Under the pieces are notes generated by a model. It did no database searches. It was not told the DNA's origin and saw only the letters and a program-made list of their open reading frames with translations. Positions 30,819 to 40,308 of a stretch of DNA of 53,645 nucleotides are shown one piece after another (the stretch's first letter is position 1; each line of letters begins with the position of its first letter). Origin of the DNA: an uncultured Bacilli bacterium (GTDB lineage: Bacteria; Bacillota_I; Bacilli_A; RF39; UBA660); the NCBI GenBank assembly GCA_944363925.1, contig CALVVS010000003.1, positions 1 to 53,645 on the forward strand. Direction: 5' to 3'. The translations under genes were made by a program, and so were the position numbers.

Positions 30819-31448
30819 ATGAAAAAATATATGGACAAGTTAAAGAGTAATATTCGCATTAATAAAAATTTATTTGTTTTTTTAGTTGTTATAGTAGCGG
30901 TTGGAATAGCTTCTGGAAGTATATTTGTAACGATTTTGGATACGAGTGATAAGACAATGATTAGTGATTATTTAAACAGTTTTTTGAATAGTTTGAATAC
31001 TAATAGTTTAAATTATAATAGTACTTTACTAAATACTTTAATTTTTACGATAGGAGCGACTTTACTTATTTGGCTTTTAGGCATTTCTGTTATTGGTTTT
31101 GCGCTTATATTATTATTTTTATTTATAAAGTCTTTTTCTTTAGGTTTTTCGGTTGCTAGTATTATTATTAATTATAATTTTAAAGGTGTCTTAATGGCCT
31201 TTGCTTATACTATTCCACATCACGTTATAAATATGATGATTTATTTGTTAATATCTTCTTATGCACTTGTGCTTTCTTATAGGTTAATTAGCAGTTTTAC
31301 GAAAAAGAAAAATTTTGATTTTAAGGTGATTTTTAATAGATATTCATTTATTCTTTTGTTTTCTATAATTATTTTGTTTATAAGTAGTTTATATGAGGTT
31401 TATTTGGCTCCTAAGGTTATAAGTCTTGTTGTTTCTATTTTAAATTAG
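30819..31448 (+). CDS. spoIIM: Stage II sporulation protein M
   Basis: About 5 TM helices; IWLLG.S.IG....L...F.K.F..GF, .PH and SL.E.Y..P motifs. Confidence 0.8.
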   Translation: MKKYMDKLKSNIRINKNLFVFLVVIVAVGIASGSIFVTILDTSDKTMISDYLNSFLNSLNTNSLNYNSTLLNTLIFTIGATLLIWLLGISVIGFALILLFLFIKSFSLGFSVASIIINYNFKGVLMAFAYTIPHHVINMMIYLLISSYALVLSYRLISSFTKKKNFDFKVIFNRYSFILLFSIIILFISSLYEVYLAPKVISLVVSILN

Positions 31449-31473
31449 ATATAGCTTTTTAGCTATATTTTTT
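31449..31473 (+). terminator. Intrinsic terminator after spoIIM
   Basis: ATATAGCT-tttt-AGCTATAT followed by a T-run. Confidence 0.55.
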
Positions 31474-31499
31474 GTATAATTATTAGTGGAAGTGATGAT

Positions 31500-32600
31500 A
31501 TGCCAAAAGTTGTGGTTGGAATGAGTGGGGGAGTAGATAGCAGTGTGGCTGCTATATTGCTTCAAAAACAAGGTTATGAGGTAGTAGGTTTATTTATGCG
31601 TAATTGGGACAGTACTATTAACAATGATTTTTTAGGAAATCCTAATGATTTAAGTGATATTTGTCCGCAGGAGAAAGATTATAACGATGCTTTAAAAGTG
31701 TGTGAAAAATTAGGTATTCCTTTAAAAAGGGTTGATTTTGTTAAAGAATACTGGGATTATGTATTTACTTATTTTTTAGATGAACTTAAGAAGGGAAGAA
31801 CGCCTAACCCCGATATAATGTGCAATAAGTATATTAAGTTTGATATGTTTGCGAAAGAGGCTTTCAAGTTGGGAGCCGACTTTATTGCGACAGGTCATTA
31901 TGCGAGATTGATTGATGGTAAACTTTATAAGGGTTTGGATAAAAATAAGGATCAGAGTTATTTTTTATCACAGGTTTCTAAGAAGCAATTAGAGAAAGTT
32001 TTATTTCCAGTAGGGGAGCTTCAAAAGAACGAAGTTAGAAAAATAGCTCATGAATATAGATTAATTACAGCTGATAAAAAGGATTCGACAGGTATTTGTT
32101 TTATTGGCGAACGTAATTTTAAACAATTTTTAGAAAATTATTTACCTAATAATCCTGGTGATATTGTAAATATTGATACTGGTGAGGTAATAGGCAAACA
32201 TAGCGGTCTAATGTATTATACAATTGGTCAAAGGCGTGGTCTTAATATTGGCGGTACGAAAGAAAGGATGTTTGTTTGTAAGAAAGATTTGGATAAAAAT
32301 ATTTTATATGTGGCAATAGGGGATGAAAACAAATATTTAATGAGTTATGCGTGCGAGATTGAAGATGTAAATTTGCTAGACAATTTGCAATGCAAATGTA
32401 GTGCAAAATTCAGGTACAGGCAAGCTGATAATGAGGTTTATACAGAAAAATTAGAAAATGGAAATATTTTGATTAAATATCCACAAGGTGTTAAAGCAGT
32501 TACTGAAGGTCAAGCGTGTGTTTTATATAATGGTGATGAGTGCTTAGGTGGCGGAATTATTAAAAAGGTTTATAAGGAGAAGAATATTAATTATGATTAA
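31500..32600 (+). CDS. mnmA: tRNA 2-thiouridine(34) synthase MnmA
   Basis: [44 protein letters not shown] and YTIGQRRG motifs. Confidence 0.97.
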   Translation: MPKVVVGMSGGVDSSVAAILLQKQGYEVVGLFMRNWDSTINNDFLGNPNDLSDICPQEKDYNDALKVCEKLGIPLKRVDFVKEYWDYVFTYFLDELKKGRTPNPDIMCNKYIKFDMFAKEAFKLGADFIATGHYARLIDGKLYKGLDKNKDQSYFLSQVSKKQLEKVLFPVGELQKNEVRKIAHEYRLITADKKDSTGICFIGERNFKQFLENYLPNNPGDIVNIDTGEVIGKHSGLMYYTIGQRRGLNIGGTKERMFVCKKDLDKNILYVAIGDENKYLMSYACEIEDVNLLDNLQCKCSAKFRYRQADNEVYTEKLENGNILIKYPQGVKAVTEGQACVLYNGDECLGGGIIKKVYKEKNINYD

Positions 32601-33003
32601 AGAATTACTTAAAAAATATAAATTTATTATTTTATATGGAATTTTTGGTGTTTTGACAACGATTATTAATATTGCTACTTACGGGGTTTTTTATAGTGTT
32701 TTAGGCGTTTCTAATGTTATTAGTAATATTATAGCTTGGGTACTTTCTGTTTTGTTTGCTTTTATTACAAATAAACTTTGGGTGTTTGAAAGTAAGAGTT
32801 TTGACTTTAAATTATTTATGAAGGAACTTGGCAGTTTTACTGTATGCAGATTAGCAACTGGCGCTTTAGATTTAGGAATTATGTTTGTCGGAGTTGATCT
32901 ATTAAAAGGTCCAGCTATGATTTTAAAAGTTATATCTAATATTATAGTGATAATTTTAAATTATGTGATGAGTAAGGTTTTTGTATTTAAGAAAGGAAAA
33001 TAA
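32593..33003 (+). CDS. GtrA/GtcA-family lipid-linked sugar flippase
   Basis: Four TM helices; [24 protein letters not shown] and LNY..SK.FVF motifs; RBS AAGGAG before ATG 32593. Confidence 0.9.
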   Translation: MIKELLKKYKFIILYGIFGVLTTIINIATYGVFYSVLGVSNVISNIIAWVLSVLFAFITNKLWVFESKSFDFKLFMKELGSFTVCRLATGALDLGIMFVGVDLLKGPAMILKVISNIIVIILNYVMSKVFVFKKGK

Positions 33004-33032
33004 AAGGTATTGCTATTTTAACAATACCTTTT
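33002..33032 (+). terminator. Intrinsic terminator
   Basis: AAAAGGTATTG/CAATACCTTTT perfect 11-bp stem. Confidence 0.7.
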
Positions 33033-33152
33033 CTATTACGAATTTTTTGGGAGTTCCAAATTTTTTCGTAATATATGTATAAAGCTAGAGAGTTATGATA
33101 AAGGATATTTAAAATAAACATATATTCTTGTTGACAAAATTTTACATTTTGC

Positions 33153-33181
33153 TTGACTTTGGTAGGGGAGACTGATAAAAT
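33153..33181 (+). promoter_or_regulatory. Sigma-A promoter TTGACT-N17-TAAAAT with extended TG
   Basis: Read directly; AGGAGG RBS lies downstream before ATG 33208. Confidence 0.65.
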
Positions 33182-33207
33182 GTAATAGTAGGAGGGTTAC
33201 AATACTT

Positions 33208-33993
33208 ATGGAAAGATTAAATGACATTTTGAGAGAACTTGGTATTTCTAAAGTGAAGTTAGCTAAGTGTTTAGGAGTTTCTAGGCAGATGATTTATAAT
33301 TATTTGGAACTTGATGATATTAATAAGTGGCCAAAGGATAAAAAAGTTATTTTGCTTAATATTTTAGGTATTAAGTCAGCTGATGAACTTGATAATATTA
33401 AAGTTGATACTGATTATATTATGGATGTTGAAACTAGAATTAACAGTTTGTTTGAAAATTCTAATAAAAGTGAGCTTGGCGATAGTAATGTTATTTTCTC
33501 TGGCTTAGATGATAAAAGAAAAGAACTTTTACATAATATTGTCGATGAAATTAAAGAACGCTTGGAAGATGAAAAAGATGAGGAAGGCTTTAATTCTATT
33601 TTATATTTATATCATTATTTACAGTCAATGGAAAGTATGCGAGAGCTTAAATACATTTTAGCATATGTATCTAAGGTTGGTGGTTATACTAAACCATATG
33701 AATTTGTATATGATGAAAATGAGCAATTTGTGTTTGAAAGTATATTATTTTCAGCGTTTAATTTATATCATGCAGGAACTTCTAGTAAAACTAGAATTGC
33801 TGAGACGCATAAGAGGTTTGTCTCTCAAATAGAACATAAATTAGAGGATAAGATGAGTAGGACTTTAGAGATGAATACGCTTAAAATACAAGCAATGAAG
33901 GAATTAGGGTTAACAGAAGTTAATGATGAAAATGTGGCCGAATTAATGTATAAAATAGATGAAATTCAAGCTCGTAAAGCTAGAAATAATTAG
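33208..33993 (+). CDS. XRE/Cro-type helix-turn-helix protein with an uncharacterised acidic helical C-terminal domain
   Basis: LGISKVKLAKCLGVSRQMIYNY HTH signature. Confidence 0.75.
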   Translation: MERLNDILRELGISKVKLAKCLGVSRQMIYNYLELDDINKWPKDKKVILLNILGIKSADELDNIKVDTDYIMDVETRINSLFENSNKSELGDSNVIFSGLDDKRKELLHNIVDEIKERLEDEKDEEGFNSILYLYHYLQSMESMRELKYILAYVSKVGGYTKPYEFVYDENEQFVFESILFSAFNLYHAGTSSKTRIAETHKRFVSQIEHKLEDKMSRTLEMNTLKIQAMKELGLTEVNDENVAELMYKIDEIQARKARNN

Positions 33994-34018
33994 TCCGATA
34001 ATATATCTTATGTTAACT
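33991..34018 (+). other. dif-like XerC/D recombination site TAGTCCGATAA-TATATC-TTATGTTAACT
   Basis: 11-6-11 architecture. The right arm is one mismatch from both the E. coli (TTATGTTAAAT) and B. subtilis (TTATGTAAACT) XerD arms. It is intergenic apart from overlapping the stop codon of the HTH gene. Confidence 0.75.
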
Positions 34019-34036
34019 TGTATATATTGTAAAAAT

Positions 34037-34072
34037 GAGTAGTGTTTGATTTTATTATAATACTACTCTTTT
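34037..34072 (+). terminator. Intrinsic terminator
   Basis: GAGTAGTGTT/AATACTACTC stem followed by TTTT. Confidence 0.55.
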
Positions 34073-34099
34073 ATTAAATATTAAGAGGTGTTTTATATT

Positions 34100-34608
34100 A
34101 TGATTTATGTTTTACTATTTATTATATTGATGGTTATTATATTTTGGTTTATTATTTCTCGTTTTGGCAGTTCTTCACTTATTAAAGATATTAATGAAGA
34201 TGTTTCGGCGGTTAATTATATTCCAAAGCAATTTTTAACTAACAATGAATATGATTTTTTAACAAAGTTTATAGATTTAGAAGATGAATTACATATAAAT
34301 ATAGTTCCTCAAGTTAACTTAGCTTCTATTATTCAAAAAGTCTCAAATAGCCGGTTTAATACAGAATTATTTAGGAATATTGATTTTGGGATTTTTAGTG
34401 CAGATTATAGTAAGGTTTTGTTATTAATCGAATTAAATGATGAATCACATAATAATTTTCATAGAAAAAAACGGGATATAAAGTTCATGAAATATGCAAT
34501 AAAGCGGGAATTAAATTGATAACATTTTATACGAGGTATTCTAATGAAAAAGAATATGTAAAGAGGCGAATATTAAAGGAATTAAATATGCCTAATAAAG
34601 CTGATTAA
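34100..34608 (+). pseudogene. DUF2726-domain membrane-anchored protein with an apparent 1-nt frameshift at about 34481
   Basis: LT.NE..F, PQV.L..I, IDF.I, LIELND.SH..RD motifs. The canonical tail (KVHEICNKAGIKLITF..) continues in the shifted frame to TAA at 34606-34608. Confidence 0.75.
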
Positions 34609-34639
34609 CCACTCCCCTACCCTTATTTTATAAGGTTTT

Positions 34640-35374
34640 TTAGCTTAACAGATGATTTACGTACATAAATAATATACCAATTAGAAAACTAATGATGGTT
34701 TTCTTTTTTTCATCATATTTTAAGGCGTTTGGAAGTAGTTCTACTGTAGATATATAAGTCATTATGCCGGCTATTATAGCAAATAAAGCTCCCATGATTG
34801 TATCATTTATAATAGGTTTTAAAAAAAGAAATGCTAAAATGGCACCTAATGGTTCAGACATACCTGATATAAGAGTCATACCAAGTGCTTTTTTCTTGTT
34901 TTTAGTTCCATAATATATTGGTATAGCGATGCTTATGCCTTCCGGAATATTGTGCATGGCTATAGCTATAGTAATAGATATACCTAATTTTAAATTTGTT
35001 TCGGAAGATAAATAGGTTGCAATACCTTCTGGTATATTATGGATTATAATGGCTATCATGGTGAAAATGCCTAATTTATATAGTTTGTTATTTTGAGCTT
35101 TGTTTGGTATTATTTTATCTATAAATAATGGTATAGTTAAACCAATTATGATAAATACTGTTATATTTAAAAATATTTGATTTTTAGTATTTGATTGAAA
35201 CATGGTTAGACTTTCAGGAATTAAATCGAAAATTGATACACTAAGCATTACACCGGCCGCAAAGGCTAAAGAAAGTTTAATTATATTATTGCCTTTATAA
35301 TATATGAATAGTCCACCTATTAGAGTTGACAGGCCGGCAATAAAACACAATAGAAATGGTAGTATTTCTGTCAT
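34640..35374 (-). CDS. ZIP-family (ZupT-like) metal transporter
   Basis: LAFAAGVM, HNIPEG (twice), SGMSEPLGA, AGIM..IS..EL.P motifs. Confidence 0.9.
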   Translation of the reverse strand: MTEILPFLLCFIAGLSTLIGGLFIYYKGNNIIKLSLAFAAGVMLSVSIFDLIPESLTMFQSNTKNQIFLNITVFIIIGLTIPLFIDKIIPNKAQNNKLYKLGIFTMIAIIIHNIPEGIATYLSSETNLKLGISITIAIAMHNIPEGISIAIPIYYGTKNKKKALGMTLISGMSEPLGAILAFLFLKPIINDTIMGALFAIIAGIMTYISTVELLPNALKYDEKKKTIISFLIGILFMYVNHLLS

Positions 35375-35423
35375 AGCTTTCACCTATTTCAATATATGAA
35401 AAAAAGTATGTGGTTATCATACT

Positions 35424-36257
35424 TTAAATACCAAAAAATTCTAAAATTAAACCTGTAACAATACTGATTAAATATAAAATAGTGATGATTTTAATGTTTT
35501 CTTTGATGTTTTTATTGGATTTGAATAAAACTAGTAGTGCTACCCCACTATTTGCTAAAAGTCCGGCTAAAGCGGCCGAAAGTGGCAAAATATTAGCAAT
35601 ATATAATTCGGTTAATATTATACTTGAGCCACAGTTTGGAATTAAGCCTATTAGGCCAGCGATAAATGGGGTGAAAAAGGTTGTTTTATCAAATATGTGT
35701 TTAATGTTTTCTTCACCAATATAATGAAAAGCCGTATTTAGTATAAAGGTGATGATGAATATGAATATCAATGTTTTAATAGTATGTTTTAAGGCCGGTT
35801 TTATGATACCATGACTACAATCACAGTGTTCGTCTTCACATATATCAAAGTGTTTTTTAGGCTTTTCTTTTTTGATTAGTAAATCAATTATAAAACCACT
35901 GATAAAGCCAATTACAATTTTAATACTTATTAATAGTAGGATGTCTTTGATAGGAGCATTTTGGGCAATAAGGATTGGAAGCATTTCATCACTGGTCGAT
36001 AAATAGATAGAAATTAATGTTCCTAAACTGATTATTCTAGTTATATAAAGGTTGGTTGCTAATACGGAAAAGCCACATTGTGGGATGGCTCCTAAAATAC
36101 CACCAACTAAGGGGCCTAATTTACCGGCTTTTTTTATTGTATTTTCCGTTTTTTTGGAAAGCTTATGTTCAAAAAGTTCGATGATTAAAAAAGCAATAAA
36201 TAAAAATGGTAATATTTTAACGCTATCTAAAATGGTGTCTAATATTATTTCGGGCAT
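35424..36257 (-). CDS. Putative metal permease (DUF2899 / ArsP-like 'putative manganese transporter')
   Basis: Duplicated G.IP.CG motifs, STSDEM, and a His/Cys loop HFDICEDEHCDCSH. Confidence 0.75.
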   Translation of the reverse strand: MPEIILDTILDSVKILPFLFIAFLIIELFEHKLSKKTENTIKKAGKLGPLVGGILGAIPQCGFSVLATNLYITRIISLGTLISIYLSTSDEMLPILIAQNAPIKDILLLISIKIVIGFISGFIIDLLIKKEKPKKHFDICEDEHCDCSHGIIKPALKHTIKTLIFIFIITFILNTAFHYIGEENIKHIFDKTTFFTPFIAGLIGLIPNCGSSIILTELYIANILPLSAALAGLLANSGVALLVLFKSNKNIKENIKIITILYLISIVTGLILEFFGI

Positions 36258-36299
36258 GATAATCGTCCTTTCTTCTTACTATTATAACATTTTTAATGG

Positions 36300-37175
36300 C
36301 TATTTTCCATGTGGGTGAAACTCTCTATAATTTTCTTTTAGTTTTTCATTAGTGATATGTGTATAGATTTGGGTTGTCGAAATATCACTATGACCTAATA
36401 GTTCTTGGATACTTCTTAAATCAGCGCCATGTTTTAAAAGATGGGTAGCAAAGGAGTGCCTTAAGGTGTGTGGTGAAAGTTCTGTTTTTATTCCTTTTTC
36501 TTTAGCTATGTTTTTAATTATTTTAAAGAACCCTTGTCTAGTCATTTTATTTCCATGATTATTTAAAAATAGGATGTTATTTTCACCATGTTTAAATAAT
36601 ATCGTTCTGTGATATAAAATATATTTTTTTAAAGCTTCAGCGGCATAGTCATTTAATGGGATAATTCTTTCTTTGGAACCTTTACCAAATATTCTAACTA
36701 CATAGTTTTTTAAATCTATATCATTGACGGTTAGATTTATAAGTTCACTTACTCTAAGTCCACTACTATACATGAGTTCAAGCATGGCTTTATTACGGTA
36801 GTCAAAATCAGTTTTTAAGTTAATATCTAGTAATTTATTTACTTCTTCTTCGGATAAAACTTTGGGAAGACTTTTAGCTGTTTTAGGGCTGGTAATGGTT
36901 GTTAGAGGATTATGATTTGTATATTTATATAGTTCTAAAAATTTATAAAAGCTTTTTAAAGTACTGATACATCTAGATACAGAGTTTGGGCTTTCTTCTT
37001 TAGAAAGGCTTTGGATAATTGTTTGAATATCTTTTTTATCTAGTTTAGTGAAGTCTTTTTTAATAATAGTTTTACTTTTGATTAAATCTCTTTTATATGA
37101 ATTTATGGTATTTTCACTATATTTTTTTTCATATCTTAAATAATCGATAAATTCATTTATATATTTTTCGTTCAT
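36300..37175 (-). CDS. xerD: Tyrosine recombinase XerD
   Basis: S.NTI.SY.RD, LP..L, ELMYSSGLRVSEL, GKG.KER, MTRQGF, SPHTLRHSFATHLL and LLGH.DISTTQIYTH motifs. Confidence 0.88.
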   Translation of the reverse strand: MNEKYINEFIDYLRYEKKYSENTINSYKRDLIKSKTIIKKDFTKLDKKDIQTIIQSLSKEESPNSVSRCISTLKSFYKFLELYKYTNHNPLTTITSPKTAKSLPKVLSEEEVNKLLDINLKTDFDYRNKAMLELMYSSGLRVSELINLTVNDIDLKNYVVRIFGKGSKERIIPLNDYAAEALKKYILYHRTILFKHGENNILFLNNHGNKMTRQGFFKIIKNIAKEKGIKTELSPHTLRHSFATHLLKHGADLRSIQELLGHSDISTTQIYTHITNEKLKENYREFHPHGK

Positions 37176-37277
37176 GTTGGTCACCAGTTTAATTTTATCA
37201 AAAAATGTTTAAAAAGGAAATATACGTGTTATAATGTATTTAATTCTTATTTTATTACTAGAAAGATGGTGAGGCAG

Positions 37278-37607
37278 ATGTTTGATATAATTATGTGTTT
37301 AGGCGAAGTTTTAGAAGGGGTAGATTTTTTAAACAATTTAACTCCTAATTCGAGAAATGAAGGTAAGAAAAATAAGCAACCAGTAATACCGTACTGGGGA
37401 ATATTTTGCGCTTTATCATTTGCTTTAACGACGCTATTTTTGGTATGGCTTAGGAGTTATTTTAAGATAGAACTTATGTTATATATAGTGTTTGCTATTA
37501 TAGTATGTCTTTTTGTATGGGGTATTTTATATGTTATTATTATTAATTTAGCTAATTTTATTTATGTGAAAATTATAAGGAGGCAAAAGAATGAGACCAC
37601 TAGCTGA
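37278..37607 (+). CDS. Hypothetical two-TM membrane protein
   Basis: ORF with two hydrophobic helices; overlaps the rarA start. Confidence 0.5.
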   Translation: MFDIIMCLGEVLEGVDFLNNLTPNSRNEGKKNKQPVIPYWGIFCALSFALTTLFLVWLRSYFKIELMLYIVFAIIVCLFVWGILYVIIINLANFIYVKIIRRQKNETTS

Positions 37608-38790
37608 TACTTTAAGGCCTAAAAAAATAGAGGATGTTTTTGGGCAAAAGCATTTAATTGGTGAAGGTAAGGTTTTATATAATTTAATTAAGCATAACAA
37701 AATTTTTTCAATGATTTTATATGGCCCGTGTGGGACTGGTAAAACAACTTTAGCTTATACAATTATTGGTGAGCTTGATTTAAAGTATGAGTTTTTAAAT
37801 GCGGTTATTAATAGTAAAAAGGATTTAGATGAGGTTATTAGTAAAGCTAAGGATAATGATGGCATCGTTTTGATAATGGATGAAATACACCGCTTAAATA
37901 AGGATAAACAAGATTTACTACTCCCCTATTTAGAAAACGGTTTAATTACTTTGATTGGTCTTACAACGGCTAATCCTTATCACTCAATTAATCCAGCTAT
38001 TAGAAGTAGGTGTCAATTATTTGAGGTTAAAACATTAAGCGATAGTGATGTTGAAGAGGCTTTATACAAGGCTTGTAAGTATTTAGAGAATATAGATATT
38101 TCTGATGCGGCAATTAGATATATTGCTAAGCTTTCTAATGGCGATTTGAGATATGCTTATAATTTATTAGAGGTTGTTTACTATGCTTCAGATGATTTTA
38201 AGATTGAATTAGACGATGTTAAAAAGATAAATAACAAACCTAGTTTATATATAGATAAAAATGATGAGGGATATTATGATGTAATTAGTGCTTTGCAAAA
38301 GTCAATAAGAGGTAGTGATGTCAATGCGGCTTTACACTATTTAGCTAGATTAATCGTGGCTGAAGATTTAGATATAATTTTTAGAAGATTATCGGTTATT
38401 GCCTATGAAGATATTGGTCTTGCTAATCCGGCGATTGGACCTAGATTGGAAGCGGCTATTAAGGCGGCTGAGAGAGTTGGATTACCTGAGGCTAGGATAC
38501 CACTTGGGGAGATTGTAATTGATATGGCTTTATCGCCTAAATCAAACAGTGCGCATGTGGCTTTGGATATGGCGATTAATGATGTGCGGATGGGACATGT
38601 CGGTAAGGTGCCTGAGCATATTAAAACTAATTCTAAAGATTATAAGTATCCTCATAATTATAAGGGTGGCTTTGTTAGGCAGCAATATTTACCTGATGAG
38701 TTAGTCGGAAGAAAATATTATAGTCCTAAGGAAACTAGTAAATATGAGATTAATTTAAAAAACATTTACGATAGAATAAATAAGGCGTAA
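37591..38790 (+). CDS. rarA: Replication-associated recombination protein A (RarA/MgsA AAA+ ATPase)
   Basis: PLA..LRP, GPCGTGKTT, DEIHR.NK..QD, SALQKSIRGSD, AYEDIGLA, PKSNS and YKYPH motifs. Confidence 0.95.
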   Translation: MRPLADTLRPKKIEDVFGQKHLIGEGKVLYNLIKHNKIFSMILYGPCGTGKTTLAYTIIGELDLKYEFLNAVINSKKDLDEVISKAKDNDGIVLIMDEIHRLNKDKQDLLLPYLENGLITLIGLTTANPYHSINPAIRSRCQLFEVKTLSDSDVEEALYKACKYLENIDISDAAIRYIAKLSNGDLRYAYNLLEVVYYASDDFKIELDDVKKINNKPSLYIDKNDEGYYDVISALQKSIRGSDVNAALHYLARLIVAEDLDIIFRRLSVIAYEDIGLANPAIGPRLEAAIKAAERVGLPEARIPLGEIVIDMALSPKSNSAHVALDMAINDVRMGHVGKVPEHIKTNSKDYKYPHNYKGGFVRQQYLPDELVGRKYYSPKETSKYEINLKNIYDRINKA

Positions 38791-38795
38791 ATGTT

Positions 38796-39716
38796 TTATT
38801 TTAAAATAAATAGTTCTAGGGCGAGGTCTTTATTTAGTTTACCGGTTTTAATGCCAATATCTATATCGGCTAGATTATTTAGATATTCTAGTAGAGTTTT
38901 AGATGAATAATTTCGGCTATTTTGAATAGCTAATTTTACGCGGTAAGGATGAATTTTTAAAATAGAGGCAATATCTTTTTCACTATAACCTTTTTTGAGT
39001 AATTCTTTTGATTGATACATAATTCTAAATTGATTGGCTAAAATAACGATAATTTTAATGGGTTCTTCGTTTATTTTAAGCATTTCATAATAAAGTTCTA
39101 TGGCTTTTTCTTTGTTTTTTTGAACGATATAATCGATTAATTTGAAGATATCAATATCGATATTTTTATTGGTTAAGTTTATAATATCTTCAGCAGTGAT
39201 ATTTTTATCTTTGTTTTTATATATTTTTATTTTATTTATTTCATTTTGAATTATTAACGGGTTATTTCCTACTCTATCTAAAAATAAATTGATGGTTTTT
39301 TCGTTGATGTCATAGTCTTTTAATAAATTTTTAGTTAGATTTAAAGGGCTTATTTCTTCATTAAATTCTTTAACAATTCCGACTTTTTTGATTAGTTTAG
39401 TTATTTTTTTTCGGGTATCTATTTTTTCGGTGTGCGCGGTGAAGATTAAATTAGTGCTTTTGTTTATGTTGTTTAAGTAATTTTCAACAATATCGCTATC
39501 TTTGGATGTGAGAGTTGTAAACATACTAGCATTTTCAACGATGACAGTTTTGGTTTCGGCAAACATGGAATAGGTTTCGGCATCGTCAATAGCGTCTTTT
39601 AAAGGGGTATTATTAAGATCGTATCTACTAATATTCATGTCGTTTTGATTTTTAGTTAAGTTTTTTATCTCTTCATTTATTTGAAAGTCTTTTAGACCAT
39701 ATAAAAGATATACCAT
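38796..39716 (-). CDS. holA: DNA polymerase III subunit delta
   Basis: YLLYG, SMF, D.RKK, EI.K, IF.L, L..QFR, IHPYRVK and D..IKTG motifs. Confidence 0.88.
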   Translation of the reverse strand: MVYLLYGLKDFQINEEIKNLTKNQNDMNISRYDLNNTPLKDAIDDAETYSMFAETKTVIVENASMFTTLTSKDSDIVENYLNNINKSTNLIFTAHTEKIDTRKKITKLIKKVGIVKEFNEEISPLNLTKNLLKDYDINEKTINLFLDRVGNNPLIIQNEINKIKIYKNKDKNITAEDIINLTNKNIDIDIFKLIDYIVQKNKEKAIELYYEMLKINEEPIKIIVILANQFRIMYQSKELLKKGYSEKDIASILKIHPYRVKLAIQNSRNYSSKTLLEYLNNLADIDIGIKTGKLNKDLALELFILK

Positions 39717-39761
39717 AGATATCACCTACAATTTATTATAACATATTTTTTTAAGAAAATT

Positions 39762-39780
39762 AAAACACCTTGCGGTGTTT
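39762..39780 (-). terminator. Intrinsic terminator with GCAA tetraloop
   Basis: AAACACC-GCAA-GGTGTTT on the minus strand, just after the stop at 39779. Confidence 0.6.
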
Positions 39781-40225
39781 AATTTTCGAAAGTTTCATCA
39801 TTTGTTTTTGATTCGCTGTGTTTTTCTGTTTTCTTTTTCTTATTATTTTGATGATTTGTGCTTATTTTATCGTATTTGTTTAGACCAAATATCAATGTAG
39901 CAATAAATGTTCCGGCAAATACAGCGCCTAATATTACTTGTAAGACATTTGGGAGCGATAAAACAATGGTTGTTCGGTCAAAGGTTAGTCTCAAAGTTCC
40001 GGATAAAATAAATAAGGCAATTAGTCCGTAACCAGCATCTTTATTAAAGGTAAGTTTACCTAATAAGTAGACGTTGGCAAATGGGATCCAAGACATGACA
40101 GTTGATGTGCCAGTAACTTTTTTATTAAAGTTATTTAAAAAAACAGCAAATGCGATATATAAAGCAATAAGCATTACAATTACGACAGCGATACAAAAAT
40201 ACAAAAATGTTGATGTTTCGTCCAT
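39779..40225 (-). CDS. Hypothetical membrane protein (SWIPFAN.Y motif)
   Basis: Three to four hydrophobic segments; GGAGG RBS. Confidence 0.65.
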   Translation of the reverse strand: MDETSTFLYFCIAVVIVMLIALYIAFAVFLNNFNKKVTGTSTVMSWIPFANVYLLGKLTFNKDAGYGLIALFILSGTLRLTFDRTTIVLSLPNVLQVILGAVFAGTFIATLIFGLNKYDKISTNHQNNKKKKTEKHSESKTNDETFEN

Positions 40226-40308
40226 TTTTAATCCTCCCCTTTTATTCTTGGTTACGCTAACCTATTTTTATTTTATCATAAATTTGAAATAATTAATATA
40301 TAATTTGA

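Noticed and set aside
33036-33071. Second imperfect inverted repeat (TTACGAA...TTCGTAA) after the gtrA terminator
   Set aside because: Weak pairing and no other copy in the window; cannot support a REP/MITE or ncRNA call.
36300-37175. Tyrosine recombinase as a prophage or ICE integrase
   Set aside because: About 290 aa with XerD-specific motifs (MTRQGF, STTQIYTH), no arm-binding domain, and housekeeping neighbours.
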